From Selaginella moellendorffii (taxonomy: Eukaryota > Plantae > Lycopodiophyta), in the NCBI RefSeq assembly GCF_000143415.4, contig NW_003314306.1:163620-227619 (forward strand): a stretch of DNA of 64,000 bases, read 5' to 3'. Position numbers and translations under genes: made by a program. The notes under the pieces were generated by a model that was given only the letters and a program-made list of their open reading frames with translations, did not search any database and had not been told where the DNA came from. Of this stretch, positions 11,076 through 22,769 are shown one piece after another (the first letter of the stretch is position 1; every line of letters starts with the position of its first letter).

Positions 11076-12336
11076 ATGGCAGCAGCTCAGACACTCCAGC
11101 CAGCTTCAGTTCCTTCGGTCCACAATATTCCCATTTCAGGGGCAAGCACCAACGTTGGCTCCCTTGCGAAAGCTTTGCAAGGCACAGAGACCATTCCGGA
11201 GGTGTTCTTGCTTCCTGAGTCGGAGCGTGTCACAGTGCCTCACGATGGTTACTCCGAGCAGGTGTCCCTGCCAGTTGTGGACCTCGGGGAACTGTTGCTG
11301 CCGGAGTGTTCCGAGGAGTCGAGGAAGAGAATTGCTCGGGAAGTTGCGGAGGCCAGCAGCGAGTGGGGATTCTTTCAGGTGGCTGGCCACGGCATCCCTC
11401 TGGAGCTGCTGGAAAGAGTGAGAACTCAAGGACGAGCGTTCTTTTCACTGCCTGCCGAAGACAAGGAGAAAGCATCGCTCGGTCTCTTCCAGGGATACGA
11501 AGGCAGGCACGGCTTCATTCCAACTCGCGTCCCGTGGTCCGAGACTTTCACTTTGCTAATTGCTCCAACTTCCAACGTGGTGCCGATAGTTGAGAAGTTA
11601 TGGCCAGATGGAAACTCGGAGCTCAGGTACTTCAGTTATCTCTCTTCTATTTACAGTTTCCCGCTCGTTGATCACCTCATTCTCGCAGCTCCACCATCAT
11701 GGACTACGGCAACGAACTCCACTGCCTCGGGGTCAAGATCCTGGAGCTTTTAGCCGAGAGCCTGGACTTGGACCAGGATTTCTTCAGCAAGAACTTCAAA
11801 TCCAAGCACTCCGCCGGGATGAGAATGAACTTCTATCCACCGTGTCCGCAGCCGTCCATGGCACTCGGTCTGGGAGCCCACGCCGACCCAAACTGCCTGA
11901 CAATGCTCTACCAAGACGAAGTCGGTGGCCTCCAGATCCAAAAGGACGACAAATGGATAGCCGTCAAGCCCGATGTCGACTCACTGGTCCTAAACATTGG
12001 AGATAGCCTCCAGGTAAACCAAGTTATTCTCTTCTTTAACTTCTCGCTCGTTACTGCTTTCTCTTTCAGGCGTGGAGCAATGGCAGGTTTCGCAGCGTCC
12101 AGCACCGCGCTGTTGTGAATGGCAATAACGCTCGTTTGTCCGTTGCCTTCTTCTACAGCCCGGACGACAGTGTATCCATGGAGGTTCCAGCGCAGCTCGT
12201 GGACGAAGCCCATCCACTGCTCTACAGGCCCTTCACTTGGGCAGAGTATTTGCAGCAGATTAGAACCAAGCGGATGCGCGGCAAAGGTGGCCTGGACACG
12301 TTCATGAAGATCTCAGACGAGAGCAAGACCGACTAA
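11076..12336 (+). CDS. 2-oxoglutarate/Fe(II) dioxygenase (DOXC), GA20-oxidase-like; 3 exons
   Basis: WGFFQVAGHGI, VPWSETF (cf. GA20ox LPWKET), RMNFYPPCPQP, HAD...HRAVVN...RLS; introns ~11627-11688 and ~12014-12070. Confidence 0.9.
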
Positions 12337-12585
12337 AAGGAAACCTCAACGCAAATGTCTAGTTTTATCTTTTTATGAATGACAGATCTAAGCATTATAT
12401 GGACGAGTGCATCTGAAAATAAAGCGTGGTCCCCACGACAGCCAGGCCAGAGACTATTCACACGAATTTTCCGTGTGATTCAGGACCACAAAAGATTTAT
12501 CACGTATGACAACAACATTCCATCCGTGTCCACTACATTTTTTTTATATATATATATTTGAGGTAATCCAAGATGCTACAAGAAG

Positions 12586-12970
12586 TGGCACCAAAACCAT
12601 AATATCTTACAAGCTTTTACAATTTGTTCCTGGAATGCAAAAGGCACTATAGCAATTGCCATAAAGGGTCACAAGGAAGATGATTTTACATTCAGCTTAG
12701 TTAATTATCAATGCAAGTTCATTCATTGTAAGCAATAAAGGATTATAACAATGGAATTAATAAGGAACGGAAGCCAGAAGTTCCATTCATTCATGGTGAA
12801 GATAACCAGTTAACCAGCGCATAAGGTTGAACATGCATCCATTACATAAAGCACAGTGCTGGTCAGCCATCTTCACCATGAATGAAACAGGAACAGGCTC
12901 TAGGAGATTTCTCCAGGCCTCCTCCAGCAGGATGTTTCACTCCGCTTCCACCCTCGATCACTGCACAACA
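12586..12970 (-). mobile_element. Degenerate Ty3/gypsy aspartic-protease remnant (copy 1; duplicate of 19186-19581)
   Basis: Minus strand reads VIEGGSGV..(frameshift)..VSFMVKMADQ, resembling retroviral-type protease LIDGGSGVNI..MAD; near-identical to 19186-19581. Confidence 0.5.
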
Positions 12971-13385
12971 TGGTGCTACCATTGGATTGGACTCGGCTCC
13001 GCCCTGGATGATCTTGTCGTGGATGTCTCTCAGATCTTCCAGCCTCTAGCACGCGTTTAGAGCCGTGATCTTGTTTGGAGCCACGCCGTGTAGCTGCATG
13101 GTTTGGAAGATCTTGAGAGCTTCCTTGGCCACGCCACTGTGCTCGGCGATGGTTTCGGTCCACAAAGTCACATCCGGTTCCACCAGTGCTTTGCTCGCAT
13201 CCATCATGCTGCCGCACTTGAGGTACATCTTGACGATGTTCTTCCCGAGGAAGGCATCGAGCTCCAGTCTGTAATTTCACGTGGAGCTCTTGGGCTTCGC
13301 AGAGTGCCCGGTGCTCGCCACAAAAGTTTGCTACTGGAGCATACTCGCCAACCATCTAGAGAGCTTACCAAGTTCCTTAACTGCC
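12971..13385 (-). pseudogene. Truncated, frameshifted copy of the 5' part of the PPR gene at 19798-21384
   Basis: Aligns to 20940-21390 (MYLKCGS..., LKIFQTMQLHGVAPNKIT) with small deletions. Confidence 0.88.
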
Positions 13386-13392
13386 TTCCGAA

Positions 13393-13878
13393 CTTCCAGG
13401 CAGGCATGGCTTCATTCCAACTCGCGTCCCGTGGTCCGAGACTTTCACTTTGCAAATTGCTCCAACTTCCAACGTGGTGCCGATAGTTAAGAAGTTATGG
13501 CCAGATGGAAACTCGGAGCTCAGGTACCTCAGTTATCTCTCTTCTAGTTCAGTTTCCCACTCGTTAATCATCTCATTCTCGCAGCTCCACCATCATGGAC
13601 TACGGCAACGAACTCCACTGCCTCGGGGTCAAGATCCTGGAGCTTTTAGCCGAGAGCCTGGACTTGGACCAGGATTTCTTCAGCAAGAACTTCAAATCCA
13701 AGCACTCCGCCGGGATGAGAATGAACTTCTATCCACCGTGTCCGCAGCCGTCCATGGCACTCGGTCTAGGAGCTCACGCGGACCCAAACTGCCTGAAAAT
13801 GCTCGACCAAGACGACGTCGGGGCCTCCAGACCCAAAAGGACGACAAATGGATAGCCGTCAAGCCCAACATCGACTCT
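13393..13878 (+). pseudogene. Internal fragment duplicate of the GA20ox-like gene, including intron 1
   Basis: Nearly identical to ~11490-11982 with frameshifting indels; truncated by a copia fragment. Confidence 0.9.
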
Positions 13879-13879
13879 G

Positions 13880-14830
13880 ATAAGGATGAACAGGCTCTCG
13901 TTCATCACGAGAGGCTACAAAACCGCCTGAGAGCTCTGGAGAATATGCTATGCCAGCATATTCATATCACTCCCACTTGAGCACTAAGGTGCTCGCTCAA
14001 GGAGCTCTCTCATGCCAAGTGCTTGTACGTGTCGCTGGAACAGTAACGCCTTGGTAAAAATATCTGCAACCTGCTTTGTTGGATGAGCTCCAAAACATGC
14101 TGGTTCACTTGATCTCAAATATAATGGAACTGCACCTGGATATGTTTGGTACGCCCATGGCACCTGGGATTCATGGTGAGTGCGATAGCACCCTGGTTAT
14201 CGCAAAAGGTAACTGTTGGCGCTAGCTGATGCCGTCCAAAAGTTGTCGTAGCTAGCAACATTCCTTAGGATAACGCTATAATTGACTGTCGCTTGCTGCA
14301 CCATGTGAGAGTGCCACTGCCGAGACTAAAAATATAATCTGAGGTGTATTTGCGCTGCTCAACCTCGCCTGCAAAGGCAGCATCTGTGAAGCCATACCTG
14401 CTGGGACTTTGGAGTACGTGAGTGCATAATGTGTGGTCCCCTTCAAGTAGCGAAAGATGCATTTGACTGCCAACCAATGAGGAATCCTTGAGTCTTGAGA
14501 AACTGGGACACTGCTCCCACTAAAAAAGCCAAATCTGGCTGTGTGCAGACCATCAGGTGAATTAAGGTGCCAACCATCTATGGGTACAGTATCTGCTTCA
14601 TCTTCTTGCATTCCTCAACTGTTTGTGAGACTTGATCTTTGCTGAGATGGAGGCCAGCTTCCATAGGAGTTTATGCTTCATTCAGCTCAGCAAGATGAAA
14701 CCTCCAAGATATTGTCAACATACTTTTGCTGAGATAATTGTATGATGCCAGCTTGCCTGTCGTGTATAATCTTGATCCCCAAAAAATATTTCACTGATCC
14801 AAGATCCATCATCTTAAATTATGCTTATAG
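13880..14830 (-). mobile_element. Ty1/copia RT-RNaseH remnant
   Basis: Minus strand: KMMDLGSVKYFLGIKI, HWLAVKCIFRYLKGT, WCSKRQSIIALS, HIQVQFHYI, QVADIFTKAL. Confidence 0.88.
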
Positions 14831-15593
14831 CTCATGCTTAAGCTTCTGTTAAGCTACATGAGTTGGACTGACTGTTCACATAGCTTGAATTTAAACTTTT
14901 CGAAAGGTTATTTAATATAGTATAATTCAAACCTAATTCCAGGATAGCTATGCTTGATCTATCATAGCTTCTAGACTTAAATCTCCATTCTCTCTTGTCT
15001 AAGTTGTTCCCAGCCAATATATAAAATATCCAAGAATATTTTAGATATATCTATTACCATCAATTAATAAATTATAAAATAATAAATGTATTCCTCTTAT
15101 TTATATAGAATAATATTTAAGCATGTTTAATGAGGTGAGAATATTATTTATGTGAGGGCCAAGTGTACAACTACAATGCTGTATACTAATATTAGCGTAG
15201 TGGGATTTTGGTAACCGTTGGATTGGTTTCAATCTGGACCACTCGCTCCTATATATAAGCTAGGGTTTTTGGGCTAATTGATATGCACATTTTCTGTATT
15301 CCCTTTCCATATTCAAAGCACTCACATTAGTGGAGGTGAGGGGCATCTTTGATTATCCTTAGGGAAATATTTATTTATTTATCTATATGTGTGTATATCT
15401 ATAATAAGCCAACTGATGCTAAAGTGCAATAAAGTATTATTAGTACTTCATTTTCTCTAACTTTATTCTCTAGATATTATTATATCCACCATAGTAAAAC
15501 AAATATAACAACTGTTAAAGTTTTAATTTTAAATTTTTTATTTAAAAATAATTATAAATAATAATACCTAATCATAAATTAATATCTATAATC

Positions 15594-15926
15594 ATGAATT
15601 ATTATTTATTAGTTTTAGTTATATTAAATTTTACAATTGGTATATTATCTGATGAGCCATGTGGTGGATGGATTAATACTTGTAAAATTCTAACACTTGA
15701 GCCTTTATACTTAAGTGTTAGTGTAAGTTGTAAAAAAATTGATAAATCTTGGCATCCATCCATTTTTGTAATTGGTCTTTGTAGTTATGAAATTTTATAT
15801 TGTAATTTGTATCCAGAAAGGAAAGAAAATAATTTAATTTGTCATGATTCTCAAGGACAGGAACTTGAACTTAATAAACTTGCAGGAAATAATGATGGGC
15901 ATGTTATTTGTTGCTCACCTCCATAA
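15594..15926 (+). CDS. Small secreted Cys-rich protein, cyanovirin-N homolog (CVNH)-like, intronless
   Basis: Hydrophobic signal peptide; CGGWINTCK..L.VSC, and C-terminal LELNKLAGNNDGHVIC resembling the CVNH motif IDLNxxIGNxDGxL; open frame with ATG in very AT-rich DNA. Confidence 0.6.
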   Translation: MNYYLLVLVILNFTIGILSDEPCGGWINTCKILTLEPLYLSVSVSCKKIDKSWHPSIFVIGLCSYEILYCNLYPERKENNLICHDSQGQELELNKLAGNNDGHVICCSPP

Positions 15927-16259
15927 CAAGAGCCAACATTATTTTCTCCATAATATTTAGTATTTGTATTTATTTATAATTATTTTATAAGATTATTTTT
16001 ACATTTACTAATTTTAAATAATTTTATATCTATATAAGGTTTTTAAATAATTATATATATTACAAATGTTTATTTTTTTTAATAATAGTTTCTAGTATGG
16101 TAAGCAGTTTGTGATGATAGTTTTTAGGAAGAGGTACACCTCCCAAAAAGGGAAGTACTTGTAGTTTGGCAAAAAATTATACAAACCTATAAAATTTATA
16201 AAATATAAACACATATGTGGTTGAATTGTTATAACACATATGTATGTATGTATGTATGT

Positions 16260-16337
16260 ATAAGGTTTAATGAACTTCTCACAGCGTCGCCGGTGGCGAA
16301 CCGTTAGCATCGCTGCAATCTGAACACTTCACCAGAT

Positions 16338-16397
<60 letters not shown>
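16260..16397 (-). pseudogene. Isolated 138-bp fragment of the 3' region of nuclear 18S rRNA
   Basis: Contains GACGGGCGGTGTGTACAAAGGGCAGGGACGTAGTCAACGCGA (reverse complement of the universal SSU 1391 region) and an adjacent helix-44-like segment; flanked by (TATG)n and (TA)n. Confidence 0.92.
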
Positions 16398-17759
16398 CTT
16401 TATATATATATATAAAATATTTGTATTAATTCCCCAAGCAATAGTGTATCAGAGGCTAGAATGTTTCTTTTTAAACAAATCTTTCAAACTTAATTTTGTG
16501 ATGGGAAGGAGGTAAGAAATATTTTTTCTCTATAATTTTTCAATTTTTCACTTTTAAATGTTATTTATGATGTCCACAATCATATCCTCTAAAATGATCT
16601 AGCTTGGGACATATACAAACTTTTATTTTACATCATACTTTCTAAATGCCATAGCAGCTTTGCTTATGAAAAATAGAAGAAAGTTTAAAATCTTCCTCTA
16701 AATAAACTTCTTTCAAATACAAATCTTTTTATTGTAACTCCATTAGAAATCATCTCATATTTATCTAGTTTTTTCTTCTGCACTTAATGCAAAACTGCAA
16801 GATAAGATATTGCATGATGCTACCAATTGCAATTCCTCTCACTAGACTGATCTTGTGTACTCTCTTCCAATGGTATGCATTTGATAATCTTGCCACCCAA
16901 GCTGTATCATCACTTTCTCATTTTAATAAATGGTTTCCACTTTTTCCTTCCTTTGATCAATTTAGGCTTTATATACATTACTTGTTTCATGTATGTTTCT
17001 TATGCTCTTGGAATGTTGAATATATTGATGGATAGAGTGATCAATCAAATTTGTTATTATCAAGATGATATGAATGAGGTTGTTGGAGAGATGGGGGAGA
17101 AGTTGAGTATGCTATGGTGTGGATTCATGAGCACATCAAACCTCTAATAGTATTATTTAGATACATGATTATTCTAATTTTATATCAATTGTTACTAAAA
17201 TATCCAAGCATATTTAAGCTCTATTTCGTTAAAGTGGGAATTGTCATTATCCCACTTGTAAAATAAGGTTTTCAAACCTTTATATAGTATATAAATATAA
17301 CAAAATTCAACTGCATTGAGGCACATGCCATTTTATTTTAAACAAGGAAATGTCTACTTAATCACTTCTCCTCCCCCTGCCACTGCTTCACCTCTCTCTT
17401 CTCCTTGTTATTGTCGTCTAATTTCTTTCCATCCTTTTAATATTGGCTCAGTTGCTCCAAGTCTAGGTGGAGCCCAAGTCCCCATTTAATCTTTACTTTC
17501 CCCTTATTAATAAAACAACTTCGTAGACTTCCAATAACATGCTGTAACACTTCTAGTATAATGCAAATCCTCTCAAAGAATTGTCTTTTAATATTAATAC
17601 AATGGCATGGAACCCATGCCATAATAAGTTACATTTTTAAATAAATACATGCCATCTCAGACTGTTATTTTTTGCCTCCAACACCTATACAATAATCTTG
17701 GAATTTCATCAATCTCCACACTATCAGGATTTAAACCCAATAGTAATTAAAGAGAATGA

Positions 17760-18860
17760 CTCTTAAGAGATTTATAAGAAAATGAAAAATAATGCATCTT
17801 TTTTTCCAGGGTAACCATCTTTTTTTCCAGGTCTACAAAAGTCACAAAATAGAGCTTCTTCTCTCGAGAAAGTATTGGCATCATACACACCTCACAGTGG
17901 ATGAGCTTTAAACTCTCGGTAGCTCTTGTAGCAGCACCAGCCTTGAAAGGAAATTGTGCTGCTTCGAGAGAACGCACGGCTCACAAAACCTCAGCTTCTG
18001 AGAAGTGATGTGAAGACCGTCAACCATGCCTGAACTCGCGAGTTGTTCAATATCCGGCAATGGCATGTCTGGAGGTCAACCGCATGCTGAGAACCTGCAA
18101 AAAAGAAGCTGCTCGCTAGTTCGCAATCACGATCTGTGATTCTTCCAACGGAGAAGAGTGTCTTCTTGACACCAGGAACGTAGTAGACTCCACTGACTGC
18201 TACAGCCTGTCCTGTGGCAAGTCGAACCTTGATCGTACCCACTCCACACACGCTGTGTGAATAGTCATCGCCGAGGTAAATTCGCTTCCCGTCTGGAACT
18301 TCTTATAAATGCGAGAAAAGGCTTTGGAGATAAAGTACCCAACACTCCAAGAACAGCATATGGACAGAGCCATGAACAAGCTGCCATTACTGACAGCATC
18401 TTGCTCTGTTCGTGCGTAATTGGCGACTTGCTTCCTCTTCCTGATTTCCTTCCGGATCTTGGCCACTTCAGTCCCGGGCAAAGTGTCCTGGCTTTTTACA
18501 GATATTACAGAGACCGTTATATTTGCGCTTCTTGTTTCTCTTTCGCTCGTTTTGTCCTTGCGTTCTTTGGCAGCACCCTCCTGGCGCGGAGACCTTGGCC
18601 TGAGACCTCCTAACAAGGTTTCCAGCGCTAACATCTCGTTAACGATCTCGTGGCCACATGTCCAGACTCCAGTGGCAGCAAGTTGAAACGCTGTTGGAAT
18701 GCCCTCCGTGACAAGGTCGCTGTCGTCCACTTTGGTGGAAGATTAAAGGGTGTCTATCTGCTTCGCATCCTTCAACGACTTGCATAAGCTTGGATTGACT
18801 CATCCTTCTTCTTGACCATGTTGCCAATCTTGGTTTTCATCTCAATTACGTTGGTCTTGT
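17760..18860 (-). mobile_element. Ty1/copia gag-protease-integrase remnant
   Basis: Zinc knuckle CNICKKPGHFARD-stop, GVGTIKVRL..VYYVPGVKKTLFSVG, LKLIHCEVC. Confidence 0.85.
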
Positions 18861-19185
18861 TGGTTCAGCTAAACTGTCAGGGATGTGTCAAGGTGACACC
18901 GATAGATCTTCCCCACTACACGTCCAAGGATTCCAAGAGCTAGAGTGTTTTGTCTATTCCACTCTTTCTCGGCTGCAACCTCTGTCGCTGCTGGTCCCAG
19001 AGACTATGCCCCAAAGAAAAACTGCATCTGAGTTTGCCATCCATGGACGTCTCTGGGCAGAGATTTCAATGGATGGCGAACTCAGATGCAGTTTTAATAC
19101 CATCAAAAGCTTCCAAAATGTCTTTAGCTGCAGGAGAGAGCTCTAGAGAATGATAAGCTAGCATATTCGTATCAGATTTCTTTTA

Positions 19186-19581
19186 GAAGTGGCAAACCAT
19201 AACATCTTACAAGCTTTTACAATTTGCTCTTGGAATGCAGAAGGCATTATAGTAATTGGCATGAAAGGCTATATTTTACATTTAGCTAATTAGTCATCAG
19301 TGCAAATTTATCCATTGTATGTAATAAACAACTGTAGCAATGGAGCTAAAAAGAGAAGATATGGAGGCAATTAAACCTCTCAAAAGTTTTATTCATTCAT
19401 GGTGAACATAGTTGACTAGCACGTAAGATCAAGCATGTATCCATTACCTTCCTCATGGTAAAGCACAATGCTAGTCAGCCATCTTCACCATGAATGAAAC
19501 AGGAACAGGCTCTGGGAGATTTCTCCAGGTCTCCTCCAACAGGATGTTCACTCCGCTTCCACCCTCGATCACTGCACAACA
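19186..19581 (-). mobile_element. Degenerate Ty3/gypsy aspartic-protease remnant (copy 2)
   Basis: Minus strand VIEGGSGVNILLEETWRNLPEPVPVSFMVKMAD. Confidence 0.5.
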
Positions 19582-19797
19582 TATATAAACTCAACATCTA
19601 TACATGGAGAGCGTAAATCTGTGATGACTTGCCATGAATTTACAATCACTTCCCTGCTGTGGCCCTTCATGGCAATTGCCATGGCCTTCCACATAGCTGA
19701 ATCCACGCCTTATCAGATATTTTTGAATTTGGATCTGGCTCATCTTGAGCCGTTCACCATTGTTTTCATCAAAGAAAAATGGAAAGATTATAAACTT

Positions 19798-21384
19798 CTA
19801 AGGAGCATAAACACTGGACAAGACCACATACCCGGACTCCCACCCCGGATCCAGCTCAAGAACACGCTCTCCGGCATGCAAGCCCACACGAACGGCATCG
19901 TCTCGCTCTCGACAAGCCCGGAGCAAGGCCATCCACGCCTCCTGATCCGGCTCCACTGGCATCCTCTCCACGAGCTCCTCTGCATCGCCAACTTCACCCG
20001 ATCGCCCAAACAAATCCACAACGCAGCCGTAGTGCTGGCCTAGCGGCGTCAATCCATAGTCCTGGATCATCGACGCGAAGTACGTGATCGCCCTGTAGAG
20101 CAGCCCCCGGTGGCTACACGCCGATAGAACGGACAGGAAAGTTACCGGGCTTGGAGCAAATCCCGACTGTTGCATCTCCTCGAAGAGCTCCAGCGCCTGC
20201 GAGACGCGGTTGTGATGAGCGTAGGCCGCGATGATCGACGACCAGGTGATCACGCTCCTCTCCTCCATCGCCTCGAAGATCTCCCGAGCTCGCCCAAGCA
20301 TCCCGGACTTTCCATACGAGTTTACCAGCGCCGTGGCCACGTCCACGTCGTGCTCGAAACCAGCGATAGCGGCTTGGAGCTGCTCGAGCTCCTTCTGTGA
20401 AGCTCGCCCGGATGATCCGTCCAGCACCGCTGTGAAGGTGATCCTGCCGGGCTTGACGCCACTCTGGTGCATTCTCGTGATGATCTCCAGCGAGTCTTTG
20501 AGGCTTCCTCGCCGCGCATGAGCTTCAGCTATGGCGGTGTACAGAACCTCATCTATGGATGCCTCTGCCACCTTTTGAAAGACAGCTTTCGCAGCTTCCA
20601 AATCGCCACACTTGCTATACATGCTGATCAAGCCCGTGGAGATGTCGATCATCGCAGAGCCCAGGCCAGTTTCTTCGATCATCCTGTGAACCAGAAAGCC
20701 GGTTTTGAGCGCTCTCTCGTCCTGGCACGAATCGAGCATGGCGAGGAATGTGATCTTGTCCGGAGTGATCCCTTCCATTTGCATCCGCTGGAAGAGCCCG
20801 AGTGATTCCTCGTGGAGGCCATCTTTCGCATAGGCCGCCACCATCACGTTATAGACGAACACGTCTGGATCGCGGACCTTGTCGAAAACTTGCCGGGCTT
20901 TCCCAGAGCTCGAAAACTTGGAGTACCTGTGGATGATCGTGGTCGCCACCATTGGATTGGACTCGGCTCCGCCTTGGACGATCTTGTCGTGGATGTCTCC
21001 CAGATCTTCCAGCCTCGAGCACGCGTTAAGAGCCGCGAGGAATGTGATTTTGTTTGGAGCCACGCCATTTAGCTGCATGGTTTGGAAGATCCTGAGAGCT
21101 TCCTTGGCCATGCCGCGCTTGGTGTGCTCGGCGATGGTTTCCGTCCACAAAATCACGTCCGGTTCCACCATTTCTTGCAGTGTTTTGCTCGCATCCATCA
21201 CGCTGCCGCACTTGAGATACATCTTGACGATGTTCTTGCCGAGGAAAGCGTCGAGCTCCAGTCTGTGATGGATGGCTTTCGCGTGGAGCTCTTGGGCTTC
21301 GCGGAGTGCCCGGTGCTCGCCGCAAAAGTATGCCACTCGAGCATACTCGCCAGCGCTAGCGTCCCCATCGAGAGAGCTTACCAA
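19798..21384 (-). CDS. PLS-class PPR protein with E domain (organellar RNA-editing factor type); true start unresolved
   Basis: Repeated MYxKCG...A..VF motifs; HYGCVVDLFGRSG; AWMALLRACR; GYVVLSSVY; no DYW domain. Confidence 0.88.
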   Translation of the reverse strand: MVSSLDGDASAGEYARVAYFCGEHRALREAQELHAKAIHHRLELDAFLGKNIVKMYLKCGSVMDASKTLQEMVEPDVILWTETIAEHTKRGMAKEALRIFQTMQLNGVAPNKITFLAALNACSRLEDLGDIHDKIVQGGAESNPMVATTIIHRYSKFSSSGKARQVFDKVRDPDVFVYNVMVAAYAKDGLHEESLGLFQRMQMEGITPDKITFLAMLDSCQDERALKTGFLVHRMIEETGLGSAMIDISTGLISMYSKCGDLEAAKAVFQKVAEASIDEVLYTAIAEAHARRGSLKDSLEIITRMHQSGVKPGRITFTAVLDGSSGRASQKELEQLQAAIAGFEHDVDVATALVNSYGKSGMLGRAREIFEAMEERSVITWSSIIAAYAHHNRVSQALELFEEMQQSGFAPSPVTFLSVLSACSHRGLLYRAITYFASMIQDYGLTPLGQHYGCVVDLFGRSGEVGDAEELVERMPVEPDQEAWMALLRACRERDDAVRVGLHAGERVLELDPGWESGYVVLSSVYAP

Positions 21385-21891
21385 GCTCTTTAGTTCGTGT
21401 CGACTTGGATAGTGGCTTAGATCTTCGCTTGTGAAACGCGGCCTTGGAAGAGCTGCGAAGGAAGGAGTGTGTGAAAATTGCGAGAAAAGCTAATGAATTG
21501 TTCTACTCACCTGGAATAGTTGAGCTGAGAAGATGCTTCTCCATATCCAGTAGATTGATCGAGCTTGAAGAATCATACTGCGAGGCCGGAGAGAAAATCC
21601 TTCGCAATTCATGGTCTCATTCTTTCTCCACAATGAAAGAACCATCACATAGTCTCATTCCTCTCCACAATGACATATGCATTTGAGGTAAGAGGTAGAT
21701 TTGACGAGAACGTAGACCATTTCTCCTGGAAAAAGGAAATCTTTCGTTCCTAGACGAATCAAACAGCAAATCGTACCTCTTTCGAGCACTCCTAGACGAA
21801 TTAGAGCTCTTTCGAGCGCGCAAAGTTTTGGCGGTGCCCAAAATGTAGGCTCTAGAACCCTAAATATTTAGGGTTCTTCGGCGCCGTTAAG

Positions 21892-22660
21892 ATGCAAGTT
21901 CTCACATTCGTTGTCTCCTCTCGCGCGATTCGCATCTAAGAAAGAAAGACTGCAAGAGCTTACCGAAAGAGTTTTCTTCACAGATATGAGCTTGGGAGGC
22001 AGCCCGCGATGACGTTCGCGGTGGCAACTCCAATGAGTGGGAATACCCAGACGCTGGTGACGAGCGCCATCGTCCAGGTTGATGCTACGCCCTTTCGAGC
22101 TTGGTACAACCATCACTATGGCGTCGATCTCTCACGCAAGAAGAAAGCTGCGTTCTCCAAAAAGGAAGGGGAGGTATGGTTTGTGGTTTCTTTGCTCGAC
22201 GTCTAGTTCCTTTTTCTGTCGGGCCTAGTTTGCTTTGGGCCGATCGCTTGTTCTTTTGGAAGTTCTCTTTTTTCCTGGCCTAAGTTCTTGCTTATTCTTG
22301 TCGTTGTCATTCCTTTTTTCTCTTTCGCGCCTGGTTGGATTTGGATGGATTCTCCAGTAGAGTTTGAAGTTCCATTTTCTTTTTTGGTATCTGAGCTTTT
22401 GGAGCTGTGCTCAGTGAAGCAACCGGCGAGGAAGAGAAGCCAAAGAGCAAGCACACGCTGCGAAAGCTTGCCGCATCCACACCTCGAGGAGCAAATGCCG
22501 AGTGGAAGGCTACTCGCGTGCATCGCTTCCCGGCCTGGACAGTGTGGGTAAGCAAGCTCACAACAAGAGAGTTTAGTCCATAAAAGTGACAATTTTCTGA
22601 TTTCCTTGTGTTTTAACATGAGGAAGATCCAAAAGAAAAAAAGGAAAAGCGTGAAATCTA
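21892..22660 (+). pseudogene. RPS8: 40S ribosomal protein S8 (eS8) pseudogene with internal deletions
   Basis: [69 protein letters not shown]; intervening conserved blocks missing; telo-boxes upstream. Confidence 0.88.
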
Positions 22661-22769
22661 AATAATCAGTGTCATCTTAAAGGTACTAACAATCTTTAGT
22701 ATAATTCTGCTTTAAGATTCTCATAAACTCGCATTTGTATATGAATACTTACATTTTATGTAAATGCCA

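Noticed and set aside
16440-17750. AT-rich stretch with WVPCHC motif, possibly a hAT or Mutator transposase remnant
   Set aside because: Too degenerate to assign without a search
19460-21545. Possible host gene with the PPR nested in its intron (ELKEL-G donor spliced to a VIEGGSG exon)
   Set aside because: The putative downstream exon is better explained as a gypsy protease remnant and ends in a stop
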